In this document: piece after piece, positions 35,701-47,760 of the stretch
How positions within the stretch are numbered: the first letter of the stretch is position 1
Layout of the letters: each line of letters starts with the position of its first letter
Source: Bugula neritina
Taxonomy: Eukaryota; Animalia; Bryozoa
DNA: 64,000 nucleotides
NCBI GenBank assembly: GCA_964035545.1
Contig: OZ037765.1
Span: 9,186,698 to 9,250,697, forward strand
Direction of reading: 5' to 3'
The notes under the pieces: model-generated
Told to the model about the DNA's origin: nothing
The model's input: the letters and a program-made list of their open reading frames with translations, nothing else
The model's database searches: none
Made by a program: the position numbers and the translations under genes

Positions 35701-38700
35701 TGAAGTGAGCCATTACGTAACTTTAACGCTGGCATGTTGGTGCTGTGAAGAGCTAATCTCCATATTTTAATATTTTTCTCTCATTTGAGTTTAATTTTTT
35801 GTTAGAATGATTTTATAAAACCCTGAAGTTGATAGACCCCTGTTGACAATAAAGGCTAATTTTTTGATTTACCTATGGTAATTACACACCTGCTATACAT
35901 AGATTACCTAGACGCAAGATGTTTTAACAAAAACACCTGTTTCTAGTCAAAGTTGACTAATAGTCGCGCTATTGGTTTACTGAAAAGCAGCATGCTAGTA
36001 AAAATAGACAACTAATATGTTGTGAAATAAATCAACCTATCAAATTATTTACGTAATGATTTCCTTAGTTGTTACCTGTGGATGTCATTAAATTCGTGTG
36101 TAGCAATAACACCTATTTAAAGGAATTCAACAAGCATAGATGTGTCTCACCCCATCGTGTAGGTGTGCAATGATTGACCTTTCTTATGCAATAAATAAAA
36201 AACATTACTGAAAGTATTTGGCAGTAACTACAGAGTAATCGAGTAAGGCAAAGTGTACGCAATAGATCCACATTCAACAAGTCCCCACTTGAATTGTATG
36301 CCAAGTAGTAAGTAAAGGAGTTTGCAAGCATAAAACTTGCTAAGTACTCATTGGTCATATAACTGGTTACTCTTACATTTAGCTGCTGGTTTAAGAAAGT
36401 ATATGCACCATCCCAGAACATAAATACCCATCACAAATATTTGCATCAAGTCTGTTTTCACTAACTATTTGAATATTTTACTAACATTGAACATTTAAAA
36501 ATTAAAATAATTTTACCTTCCAAAAGTTTAGAGTTTAAACACCCAATTAATGCCCCAGTAATTCAAATTTAGCCAAGACACAATTTTAACAAATATATAA
36601 GTGTTATAGCATATAGTACAGGTTGCTTGTAAATTTCTAATAAAGATTTGCTTATAAATAAACAAATGATATATTGGAACCTCAAGTTAAGCACAAAGTT
36701 GTATAATATAATTAAATCATCAGGGAGCCTCCATAGGTCTATGTACTGTAGGTTTGAAATAGTTATTGAAAATCATAAAATTAATTTTTGTTCCCAGCAA
36801 AGGAGATTACTGGCTTAGCCAGGTTAGAAAAGAGTGTCATTTGAGCAATTGAAGGAATTGTGTAAAATCTGAAACCCAAGACATTGACAAGCTAATGATT
36901 CAAATATTATTAATATATACTGCTCACAACTTGCGGCCAAATGAATGAAATGAAAGCAAACCATGGTTCATCGTATTATTCACAGTGGTCAGGTGCAAAT
37001 TTCCAGGGAATAGGCAAGAAAAGAAAGAGAGTCGAGTATTGCCACTTGAGAGATAAAATTTATACAAAGCTACACAAGTGCAGCACAAAAAACAACACAA
37101 CGTTTGCTGTAGTTGTACCAAATATAAAATAAATTACCATAAATTAAACATACACATCATTAATTGTAAAAAGAAAGTTCATGTAGATTTAGATGTCCTA
37201 TTGTCTCTTCTACACTTTCAATTACTATTTAATTACATTACATCACAATAGCTGGTTTTTAAATATTAATATTTTAATAGACATAATTATTTGCTTGTTA
37301 GGTGCATATGTTTTTCAAATAGCTTAATCAGCTTTCAATGCAAATTTACACAAAAAAGACACATCCAATTGTCTTTATTGTTTTATATATTATAGCTAAA
37401 TATATAGAAGACTAGGAGAGTTTCAAGCACTTACGAATGGTAATAAAAGGTGCACCTTGCTGAAAAAAAGAGTAATTGAGTCATTACCAATACCACTATA
37501 TCTACATACTTTTAGACAACCTTTGATTTCTGATTGAAGAGGGTAGAATGCACCTGGCGTTGGAACAAGTCACTAAGAGAACAGCCAGTATAGACAAATC
37601 TACTGATCAAAGTTTGCACAGAAACATGCTTGGTAATCTTCGGAGCGAAAAGCATTTATCTAGACCCAGCAAGCTCATACATAATGTTTTAATCTTTGGT
37701 TTTATGCAATCTTGCACATGACCTTTTTATACGTGTATACATATTGTTCTTTATACAATTATAATGATGTTATTACCATTACACAGCTTGGGCTCAGATT
37801 CGGGAGTTGCTTTCTCGCCTATTTTATAGTTTTCAGACACAGCAATGTCATCCATCTTGACTGTGTAAATAGATAATAAGAAATACATCATACTTAATTA
37901 AATGATTATACCATTAAAATAAAAACAGCAGCTCGTTAGCAGTGTTACTATATTTTGACACTTGTTTCACATCAGAACACATTTGATTTGACAATGTAAG
38001 TATAGCAAAACTGCATTTGGAGGGTTATTATTGAATCACCAGCTTTTCTCTATTATTAATAACAAATTTTACAGGTTTTAAAAATTTTCTTGGTGAGTTT
38101 CAAAATCTAATTTCAGTTATTCTAGCGCATAACATTGACCCGTGGGTTTATTGGAGATTTGTTTTTAAAAAGAACGTCTGCTTCCATTGTGTTTTGAGTA
38201 TTCATTTTAAAAATATTTGTTACAATTTAATTCAAAATTTAGCTAAATAACAGAAAACACAAAATCTGACGTATTGATATAGAATAACAAGAAAATCATC
38301 ATTCAACAATAAGTTTACGAAATGCTGCTCGGCTATTACACTAATTTGGCTGTAATATATTGATATATATTGTAGTTCTATAAAAAGCATTTACAGTTTG
38401 ACATCACTAAAGCATCAAAAAGTGTTTTTAATTCCATTAGCATACAATTATGTTTTTTTGCTACGGCGATACAATATTACATAATAATAATTCTTCTACA
38501 AAACAATGTAAATACAAATGGAAATATAAGTATATATTATACTTACATGGCACATCATTAACCTCCACACAGATGTCTATTCTGTCCGCACCTTCTCCAC
38601 TGTCTACAGTCTCAGGCTGATCTGAAATTAAATTATAACAGGAGTTTTCTTACCATGTAAAAACTGATGGCCTCTTAATTGGCAGTTGATCGTAATTTTA

Positions 38701-41700
38701 ACATAAGTCAACACAGTTTTTTGAAAGTAAAGATTGCTAGAAAATGCCTTGGATATGTTTTAATAGATGTTTTAGCAGTTTTGTTATATATTTAGTCTTT
38801 TATAATATGTTTGTAGCTACCTTTCAAATTTGCAAGATCAAAATTCCAAACAATTGATATTACTTGTATCAAAATGTATAACACATATGTTATAATTATG
38901 GGCTTTTCATAACTTTTTTTACAATTATATCAACAAATCTTAGCTTTATTTACAAAAACTATATTACAAAGCAGATATTATAATATCATTTTTCTCAGTT
39001 TGAGCCATCAGCTGGTGTTGCATGTCTTCCCAGTCATTATGTAAAACCAGATGGCAATAAAAATATTGCTATTTGTTTTTTTACTAAACTGTAGGATAAG
39101 CAAAGGATACAACAACTCCCACATCTAATTGAATAGTGCACTATGTACCTATTTTTCTATTTAGTATTTGTTGTGGTGCAATCATATGTTGAATCTTATG
39201 TTTATTATTTATATAGCACAAAAACTTATTGGGAAGTCTAGAAACAAAACAAAAAGCAGCCATCAACACTTAAGTTCTTATTTATTTCCTATTTACCATA
39301 TTATTATAAAAATATTTTTATGCTGCAGCATCAAAATATAAAGCACATTAATATATTTGCGTTTGAAAAATACAAAACTTTATGTTATTATTATGAGCAA
39401 ACTATTCAATAATAACTTTGATAAGGAGCAGGAGCAGCTTTGAAATTTTATCAATTAAGGCAATTATTGAACTGAAACCAATATTTAAAATTATCCTAGT
39501 CAAAAATACAGCGTCACCACACCATAGTCTATATTGAATCATGAGCCCAACAAACCATCTGCATTAAGTGATAACAATAAGCATAAAAATATACATAATT
39601 ATTAGAAGTTCAGTTTTTATTTTGAATCACAACCTTTTACACCTGATGCTCAATTTTATGAAGGTGATTGTATAAAAAAAAAAAACATCTGGTATATAAC
39701 AGGTGGTTTTAGATTATTAATGAGCATAAATCAGCACATGCTGCCATATCAACCCTTTGTAAAGTGCAGCACAGGCTGGACAGATGAAGAATGTAGGGAA
39801 GAGTGATTAATGAGATGATCAGGTATTGATTGGTTGTGTTAATGTAGAATTTGCCTGTGGGGTGTGCACTACGGGAGCTTACGCCAAGAGGTACTCTATT
39901 AGTGAGATATACTAATAACCTTTTTTACTTATCACTAAAGGTGATTAAGATTATGGGTGCATTTGTCTGATAAAAATGTAACTCTAAGGAGGATAAAAAG
40001 AAAAAATCTTCAGCGTTATAAGTGGTCACTTAACAAACAATGGACAGATGGCTATGTCAGCTATGTGTACACATCACACCTACATGTGTAAAATATTTTT
40101 AACTAAAGGAGACAATACAAGATACTTTATTTAATCTGGCAAGCTAATTCCACCTTACTATGTCTACGTTATATATACAAATGCTAATCATATTTTAAAG
40201 TATAGCTTCAGGTTGTAATTAAACGGTTAGAAATATAAGTATATGTATGTAAATTTTTGCTTTAAATGCAAATGAGACTTTCAAGCCATTATATGTTATA
40301 GTCTTTGATAAAAGCTGAGCAATTGAAATTTCACACCTCTTTGCATGGCACATTAAATTGTTAGTTACATCCTTTAATAATGGCTGTAGAATGCAGACAG
40401 AGAAGAAGAAAATTTGTAGGGCAGGTATATTTGCATCTTCAAGTGATGTCATTATCAACATGCGATACACTAATTCATACATTTTCCACACATCAGTGCC
40501 TCAAGTAGCCAATTGGTGGTAAAGTTATTGGCAATAATGAACTCTTATGTGCCATTTTCTTTCTCTTTCAAAGTATAAAGGTAGTACACTCACTCAACAT
40601 AAATATATATATAGTTGTTCAACACTTTGTTTTCTCTAGTACTAAAATAATGGTAGCACAATTATGTATTTATAAAAGGTATATTAAGTTTATGAATGAT
40701 AAAAAGCATGTAAAATCATTGAGATAAAGTTTCATTACATAGTACCACATCCACCATAACTAAATGAAACTCTTATAAAACTTCATTGTCTCTATACTAC
40801 CCTGCATGAGTATTTTACAAAATTGTCAAGTGTTTTCATTAAACTTTTAAAGACACTAAAATTCAAATATATTGTAAATGGTAAATTTCAAAGCCTACTG
40901 CAAAATTAATTTACAATATATATAACCATGCCACGAAAAGTGCAAGTTACAAATTTAATTATGAGGCCATTGAATTGTACAATAAAATATTTTAGTTCAG
41001 CAGTGGCACAATGGACAACTTTAAAACAAATCTTGTATTTGATTTTTATGTTTGTAGAATAGTGAATAGAAAATTAAACTAAAAAATGTTACTTAATATC
41101 AAACTTTCATAGGTTTTTGTTGAATATTATTTATAAAAAGTTATGTTGTGAATAGATAAACTATTGGAAAACATGAATTATTTGCACAATTCATTGTAAA
41201 AAAATTCATGCAAAAATGCTAAAATATCTCTAGATTCTGCATGGATATAGGTTTATTTGGATGCAGATCGAATTATTAGTGTTCATACGATTATAATCTC
41301 TATTTGTTTTTATGTTTATTCTATTTTCTATCAAGTATCTATTTCAATAGGTAGTATATATTGACAAGCAATTAAAAGAATTATTTTTTAGTTTCACCTA
41401 CTATCTTCTTTTCCAAAGACTAGCTTAGCAGAAAGACAGATATAGTATGCACTATTAGGTATCACACAATTATGCTACTGTAAGCTCTTTTAGAATTTTC
41501 TTTTGTAGATGAAAAAGTCTACCGTCAGTTTTACATTAAAATGTACCAACCAATGGTCTTTTTCAAGTATGGATAAAAGTATAGCAATTTATATAACATT
41601 AAATAATAAAAATAGTCTCAATAATAATATGAGGGTTATTTAAGCTATTTTATGTATTTCTGTTTTTTCCAGCTTCTAAAGAAGCACGATGAATAAAAAA

Positions 41701-44700
41701 AGTTTAGGAAGCTGTGAAGAAAAAATAATACTTCTTTAAGGTTAAGATGAAAGTGAAACCCGTGAAGAAAATCTGGTCTATATTGATTGATGTCACGTGG
41801 CTTTCTAACTTTGCTGACTCACACATCTAAGACTAACTCTGCAGTACTAATTCGCTACCAGCATATTTCCTTAATCCTGAAACCTAATTCCACGTACTGA
41901 CTCTACTGTCTTGCCAGATGTTTCAACAATAATGAAATCATGGCAGCTAGCACACTCAAATCAAAGGTACCAAGTAATAGTCAAGGGTGAAGCAAGCTGA
42001 TAAGGTGCTGCTACTACCCTATTGTATAGGATCGCTGCAGTAGTTCTACATGACAAATCAATACTAATCACCTTCAGAGGCTTGGTGAAGGTAATTAAGA
42101 AATTTAATGGGGGTGTATATACGAATAGAAATTGACATTAAATGTGTTGATGAGACAGAAGAAGTATATACCAATAATATCAGGTGTCTATGGGCTTATA
42201 CATCTGTTCGTGATGTCGTTATCTGATTTGTAGGCAATCTGCTGCTGCGCCACATGTGGATGAAATGTAATTATTTAAATTGTTGACAAATTTAAGTTGT
42301 GAAAGCTGAAATAACTGCTAAGTTCTATAAATATGTAATAGGTAATGAGAAAGTATGTCTAGATTCAGTAGGTCATGCTTTAGGGAAATGTCATTTGCCG
42401 CGGATGATCAGAGGGTAAGAAGAGGGGAGAGAAAGCAGCAGGTATGCTGCTGAGATGAAGACATTTCACCTTTGAATCTTGCATATGTATCTAGTTTACT
42501 GTGGAGTTTGAAACAATGTAAATGCAAACAATCTGTCATCAACACTGGTTACAATAGAGTTTATTTTACAATAATTACGCTGCATCACAGCCATCCTAAT
42601 AATGTCAATAAAATCTAGGCAGTACATATCTATAAGTATATTACACAACTACTTGTGCATGTCTAATGTGTAAACAGCACTTGGACTGAGAAAAAAAACA
42701 AGATTTTAGAGGCAAATAAATTCGAAATAGGTATTCTCTTATATTAGAATTAACTTTCTTCTTGCTAACGTTAGTAATGTTCAGATATGGCTAATTATAG
42801 ACTTTCGAATAAGTTACATATTTCAATATATTGGCATTAAACTTTATTAAAATATTACTTTTGATTTTATTACATAGTATATATGAGATAGGTTTTGATA
42901 GAACATTTATGTTAAACAACCGTTTTACCCACACATTAACTTTATTATTGCCCCTTTCCACTGCGCTGCTTGAAATACCGACATGGTATTATTATGTGAA
43001 GATATTTCTATGTTTACTGTCAGTGGCTCCTTTATTCTTTGGGGACAACTAAATTGAGTTTATTACAGGCTCATAATTTACTTAGGTAGGTTCTAATATA
43101 TGCCTGAGGAAAGGTACGTGAGTGTACAATTGAGTCAAGAGTTTGCCTGTAAACGCTAATTATTAGAACCACCTTGTATTAAATGAGATTATTCAAAATG
43201 TTGAGTGGCGTCTTGGTTTGAACAGTATATCATAATCAGTTGTCCCTATTGGCAATATAACCTACTTAAAAAATCGAAGGTTAGCCGAATCATTAAAATA
43301 CACACTGGTCTACCGTTAGCTACCTATTAATACAAAGTAGTATAAATGCATGGTAGAAGATATCTTTGCAACAAGTCATTCAATGGGTTGCATATGTACG
43401 TTCTTATAATACTCTAGTGATAAGCACATATGTACATACTTATAATATAAGTCTTGTAATTTGAGAATTCAAAATCTAGCACAATTAAATTTTTTTTCGC
43501 AAATTTCAGCAAAATATAGGTATTAATTTATTTTACGCTTCATGATAGTGCTAAAAATATACCATTGTACTTGTAACAAATACACCGGATAAAACTGAAA
43601 GCTGAATCACAAAATGGTGGAGCGATTAGTATGACAGTAAAAGTATGATATTTTGATGGAACAAGTTGCAGAACTCTGCGTTATTGATACCTGTATCAAA
43701 TGGAACAGAGCTTAAGCTAAGCTCTTGCTCTAAAGTTTGATGTGTAATACACTGGTTGGTGATCAACAAAGTATGGACGTAGATCACCTGCATACTGTGC
43801 TGTTTGACAACATGTCATTTAAACGTTTCATACCAGCATCATGCCAGTAAAGGTTAATATGCTGGTTGGCTGGGCGTTGATATATGCAATAACAACAAAA
43901 GAGCAGATTATACTCAGCAAACTAGAGCAACGGTTTTGTTGATAGGTAAACTGTCACTGGGCATCAACTTTATAAATCCGGCAGGCTTTTTAAAAAAAAC
44001 AGTTCAATTTGATCAAATATTCCAGAAATAAAATTGTGTTGCTGTAACTAAAGTAAGGTTGGTAGTAGAATTTGTAATAAGCGACTGCTACCTCTCCCTC
44101 ACCCCCTTCTAAAATAGGTCATAGGGATAAAATCTGTTAGCTCTACTAGAAAGCACATAAAATTTATTTTAAAACAAGATTATAATAAACACTAGTTACG
44201 CCAACAGTTACTAAATACTTTTAATGTGCGACTCTAAGTATAAAACATTACAAATTACTAAATGTGTATAGCTTGCGTGTAACTTCAATTTTTAAAAAAA
44301 TGCAATCATTGATGGTCTAAGGTTGACTCACTAATTTGTATTTGCATCAACAAATTACAAAATCCCATTAATTAATTGATTAAAAATTTTCCAATTACAG
44401 ACTACAATTATGCCTTATATAGGTGGCATCATATGTTTGCCAATATTAATTTTATTTTAGTACAATTTGCATCAATTCTATCATATTCAAAGTTGATGCA
44501 TGCAACTTGTTTAGTGAATGAACATGTACTAGTATGCCTAATTTTTCTACCGATGCAAAAAAAGTGCTTTTTTATATCTCCCTTTTAAAATCGTTACGAT
44601 GGTTTTCTATACCAGATGACAAATATTTTCTTAAAACATTTGCAATTTCAAAATTTGGCTTATTGTAAAACTAGGAGCAGCCTGAATGTTGTCAATTCAC

Positions 44701-45086
44701 TCTCTAATGAACTTAGTCATAAGCTATTTTCTAACTGGAGATAGGCTTTAATATTCTTTATATCCCATAACATTCATAGCAAGAGAAATCATTTAATTTA
44801 AACCTATAAAACCCAGCCTTTGGTTGCTAGATATTTTGCTTAATCTATTTAAAGCGAGGTAGATGATGCAAACTCAATGCAATATCAAAGTTATCTAATA
44901 CCATTTATTATATATAATTTATTATGTTACTGCTAATTTAAATAAAACTGCAAAAAATATAAATAATAAATCTTACCACTTGCTATAAAACTTTATTCAA
45001 CGTTGATCATAACATAAATTAAATAAAACCTTACCCACATTCTTTTGAGGTCTTAGCTGCTTTCGCCTAGATCTTTCGTCGGCCAT
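17716..45086 (-). CDS. ZEB: ZEB/zfh1/zag-1 family two-handed C2H2 zinc-finger transcription factor, about 630 aa
   Basis: Minus-strand coding exons in transcript order: 45086-45035, [44982-44977 optional], 38621-38547, 30780-30770, 29400-29207, 27590-27193, 25269-25128, 21025-20788, 20562-20310, 19735-19626, 18881-18707, 17960-17716. Total 1893 nt without the optional exon, in frame, ending in TAG. The N-terminus [17 protein letters not shown] resembles ZEB1 MADGPRCKRRKQANP. N-terminal finger cluster: [51 protein letters not shown]. CtBP motif PLDLT. C-terminal cluster: [77 protein letters not shown]. The finger exons are secure; the small 5' exons are less so. Confidence 0.9.
21067..21116 (-). 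promoter_or_regulatory. Candidate internal ZEB promoter: TATA box plus Inr-like element and upstream E-box
   Basis: The minus strand reads GCTATATATAAAGC (TATAAA at 21100-21095), with TTATTC whose A at 21070 lies 30 nt downstream. E-box CACATG at 21111-21116. In-frame ATG at 21009. Confidence 0.45.
23757..23777 (+). repeat. Poly-G tract (G21)
   Basis: 21 consecutive G in an AT-rich ZEB intron. Confidence 0.95.
27226..27455 (-). repeat. Coding minisatellite (15-18 bp units) encoding an Ala/Pro-rich tract ([11 protein letters not shown])
   Basis: Repeated GCTAGTGCTGGTGGTGCT and GCCGCTGGTGGTGCT units on the + strand, inside ZEB exon 27590-27193. Confidence 0.9.
30770..30780 (-). CDS. 11-nt ZEB microexon (ATAATGAGTTG)
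   Basis: Minus strand reads tatttacag|ATAATGAGTTG|gtaagt. It converts the phase-1 end of the upstream exons to the phase-0 start of exon 29400, giving ..VP-Y-NEL-SCRIC. Confidence 0.75.
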
Positions 45087-45100
45087 GATAAAAACACTTT
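45035..45100 (-). CDS. ZEB first coding exon with RRKQxxP (NuRD-interacting-type) motif
   Basis: Minus strand: ttttttgcag|AAAGTGTTTTTATC ATG GCC GAC GAA AGA TCT AGG CGA AAG CAG CTA AGA CCT CAA AAG AAT GTG G|gtaagg. Confidence 0.85.
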
Positions 45101-46271
45101 CTGCAAAAAAAGTCCAAATGATTTTACTGTAACAAAGCAACTAAAGAATGCATACAATATATAGTTTTTAGGTTAATGCATCCTAGCTAGTAATATTATG
45201 TTTAGCAATTACAGCACGTGACATGCCAATTATTAGTTGACACAGCTGTAACTTGTCCTAGGTAGAAAGACTCATCCGCGATGAAATATATTAGTGACAC
45301 AGTATTTTACTTAGATATAATAGTAATAAATTTTAACACTTGGCTACCAAAAACTTCGTACTTCTATAAGCATATCAATCTGATTAATATTATATTAATA
45401 TATATCTAATGTTCATAAATATGCAACTTATTTATTGGAAGCTGTAATAAAAAAAATTATTGTAAGCAATATTTTTTAAAAGTAAATTATTACCTGCATT
45501 AGTTTTCAAGTGTTGAATAGTTACTATTAGTTTTTAATTACTACTTATACTGCAGTTACTAATAATAATTTTAAATTTATGTACATATTAAAATTGTAGG
45601 CATAGTATGCAGATTCTTGGTGGTTTTCAATTACAACTTCTGTAAATAAAATTACAGGAAGCATAATATTTAATAGTTTTTTATTATAATTCACAATTTC
45701 TGTGATAAAAAAATATTAGAGTTCCATAAGTAATTAAGCTACTAGAGCCTACACTGTATTCATGCATTTAGATTTAAATCACAGTTGTATGTGTTCAAAG
45801 AAAAAAAAAACTTTTTCAATTTCAAGCTAAAATAAAAACTAGAAACCATTTGTTTATTAGATTTAGTGTTAGCCCAAGGAAAAACCAAATAAAACTTCCA
45901 GTAGTTTGGTACTTGATACTGTCCAGGAGCATTGTGATTGTTAGGATTACAGTTATGAGTTACGAGTTATAACTATAAATATAACTAACTGATAAAACAT
46001 TTTGATTAAATAATAATAAACTGCAACACTCTTTTTGACTAATATACATATTTAAAACACAACTTAAAATTTTTATGATATTAGTAATATTATTACTATA
46101 AAACGATTAAATTAATAAAATAACATTATTACTACCACTATCACTATCACTATCCCTACGTCTATTCGTATCAGTACAAGTATAACTATAAGACTAAGTA
46201 TACAAGGTATAATAATTTGTTTATAAAGCATGTATGTTATTGCTGATCTGAGTACTTAAGATAATACTTAC

Positions 46272-46460
46272 GCCAAGAGAGATATAGGATACCGATTTGT
46301 TGTTCAATGTAGTATCATAAAATGTTTTCATAAGAAAAGTGTGCTGTGCAGTCAATCTCCATTCCTAGGCCACGCAAATATCTTATGGGATGCAGAAGAC
46401 CTAAGAGGTTTTCATTGGTTTAAAGTTTATTGTAACCACGCAATATGAACTTCGGCCAAT
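46272..46460 (-). promoter_or_regulatory. Probable ZEB 5' UTR exon and proximal promoter
   Basis: Perfect donor GGC|gtaagt at 46272/46271 on the minus strand, 1.17 kb above the acceptor at 45101. Locally higher GC and CpG content, with CCAAT-type motifs near 46414 and 46456. The transcription start is not defined. Confidence 0.45.
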
Positions 46461-47085
46461 CTACTGCTAAAACGTAATTTACCGCGAAAGTTTAAGTTTC
46501 AATCGGATGTTAACGACATTAACTTGTGATAGTCAAGTGTTGTTGCAGTTCAGTTAGTTATTTTTTTTATTGCAATCATAGAATTACTATACACATACTT
46601 GAGGTTTCTTTTTACCAAATAATTATTCATTTAAGAAATTCAATTTTAAAAGTAGAGGTGGGTATTCGTCGACTTACTTATAAACTTGTATAACATTCTC
46701 ATGTGATGGGAATCAGAATGTTGCACTGAATACTCTCATGATCATCATGATCATCACACACGCCCTCACAGTCACTGTGACTGTTTGTTAGGTAGCTACT
46801 TAAGTTTGAACTTGTGGAAATTAAATTTAAATTTATTTTTAAGTGTAGTTTTTTTATGTTGTTGCCACAGAGTAAGTAATAGCCAGCTAACAATAATGAT
46901 CACATCGATTATGAGTGATCATCATTACGTTCCAACAGTCACCAAGTGTCCATTAGTGTTGAGTGATTTACATTACCGATATTATTATTATCATTAAGTA
47001 TGATGATTACAATTTATTGATTGAGAAAATTTTATTGTACTTTAAACAAAACTTCTTTATTTTATTAATATATCTTCTTCAAACG

Positions 47086-47760
47086 TTGGGTATAAACAAG
47101 ACTGGAGTGATGAGACCAAGTACTGACTCACATCTAAGCATTTGCATAGAAAATCAGGAGCTTAACTTAGTTGGCAGATTTTAGCATCTGAGTCTTACCA
47201 TCAGCACAAACCTTGAGCCTGAGATTAACTCAAAGACTGCTAAAGCTGCCGTAGCAACGTCCAAACTACACAAGAGAGTGTGGGCAAACAATAGCATGCC
47301 AGTAAACACCAAGATGCATGTACACAGAGCATGCGTATTGTCCACACTACTTTTCATCCAGTAAAACTTTATCCAAAACGACTCCGAAGAAGCGACTGAA
47401 CAGCTTCTGTATCCCATGTCTGAGAAGCATACTTGAGATTAAATGACAAGACATAATTCTCAACACTAGCATGCTACAACGTGCTGGATTGTCAACATTT
47501 TTCATCTTTCTGAGTCAAGTGGTTTGGTGATGTGTGCAAAATGGAAGATGGCTGAATTCTCAAAGATCTTTTGTATGGAAGCTTTCTCCAGGTTTTAGAT
47601 CTCAGGGCCACATCATATTATGTTCAAAGACATCTGGAAAACAGACATGAAGATTGCTGGAATTTACACCAAGTCATGGAAAGTTTCATAGAATTCTGAG
47701 AATCGTGGAGGTCTGCAGTACAGAGTGGCATCATGCAAGCCGAGCAGAATAATGAAAAAG
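47086..47760 (+). mobile_element. Degenerate, 5'-truncated non-LTR retrotransposon of the RTE clade (C-terminal reverse-transcriptase region)
   Basis: Translation across stops and frameshifts gives INKTGVM..ICIENQELNLVGRF*HL, EINSKTAKAAVATSKLHKRVWANNSMPVNTKMHVHRACVLSTLLF, KRLNSFCIPCLRSILEIK*QD, WFGDVCKMEDG*ILKDLLYG and WRSAVQSG. These match the RTE pattern KRVW...TK..VY.ACVLSTLLYG...CLR.IL.I.WQD...W.GHV.RM.D.RIPK.LLYG. Confidence 0.88.

Noticed and set aside
35887-35939. Paired CACCTG E-boxes suggesting ZEB autoregulation (another pair at 39640/39700)
   Set aside because: The spacing fits bipartite ZEB sites, but by my rough count CACCTG/CAGGTG is about as dense in GARS introns, so there is no evident enrichment.
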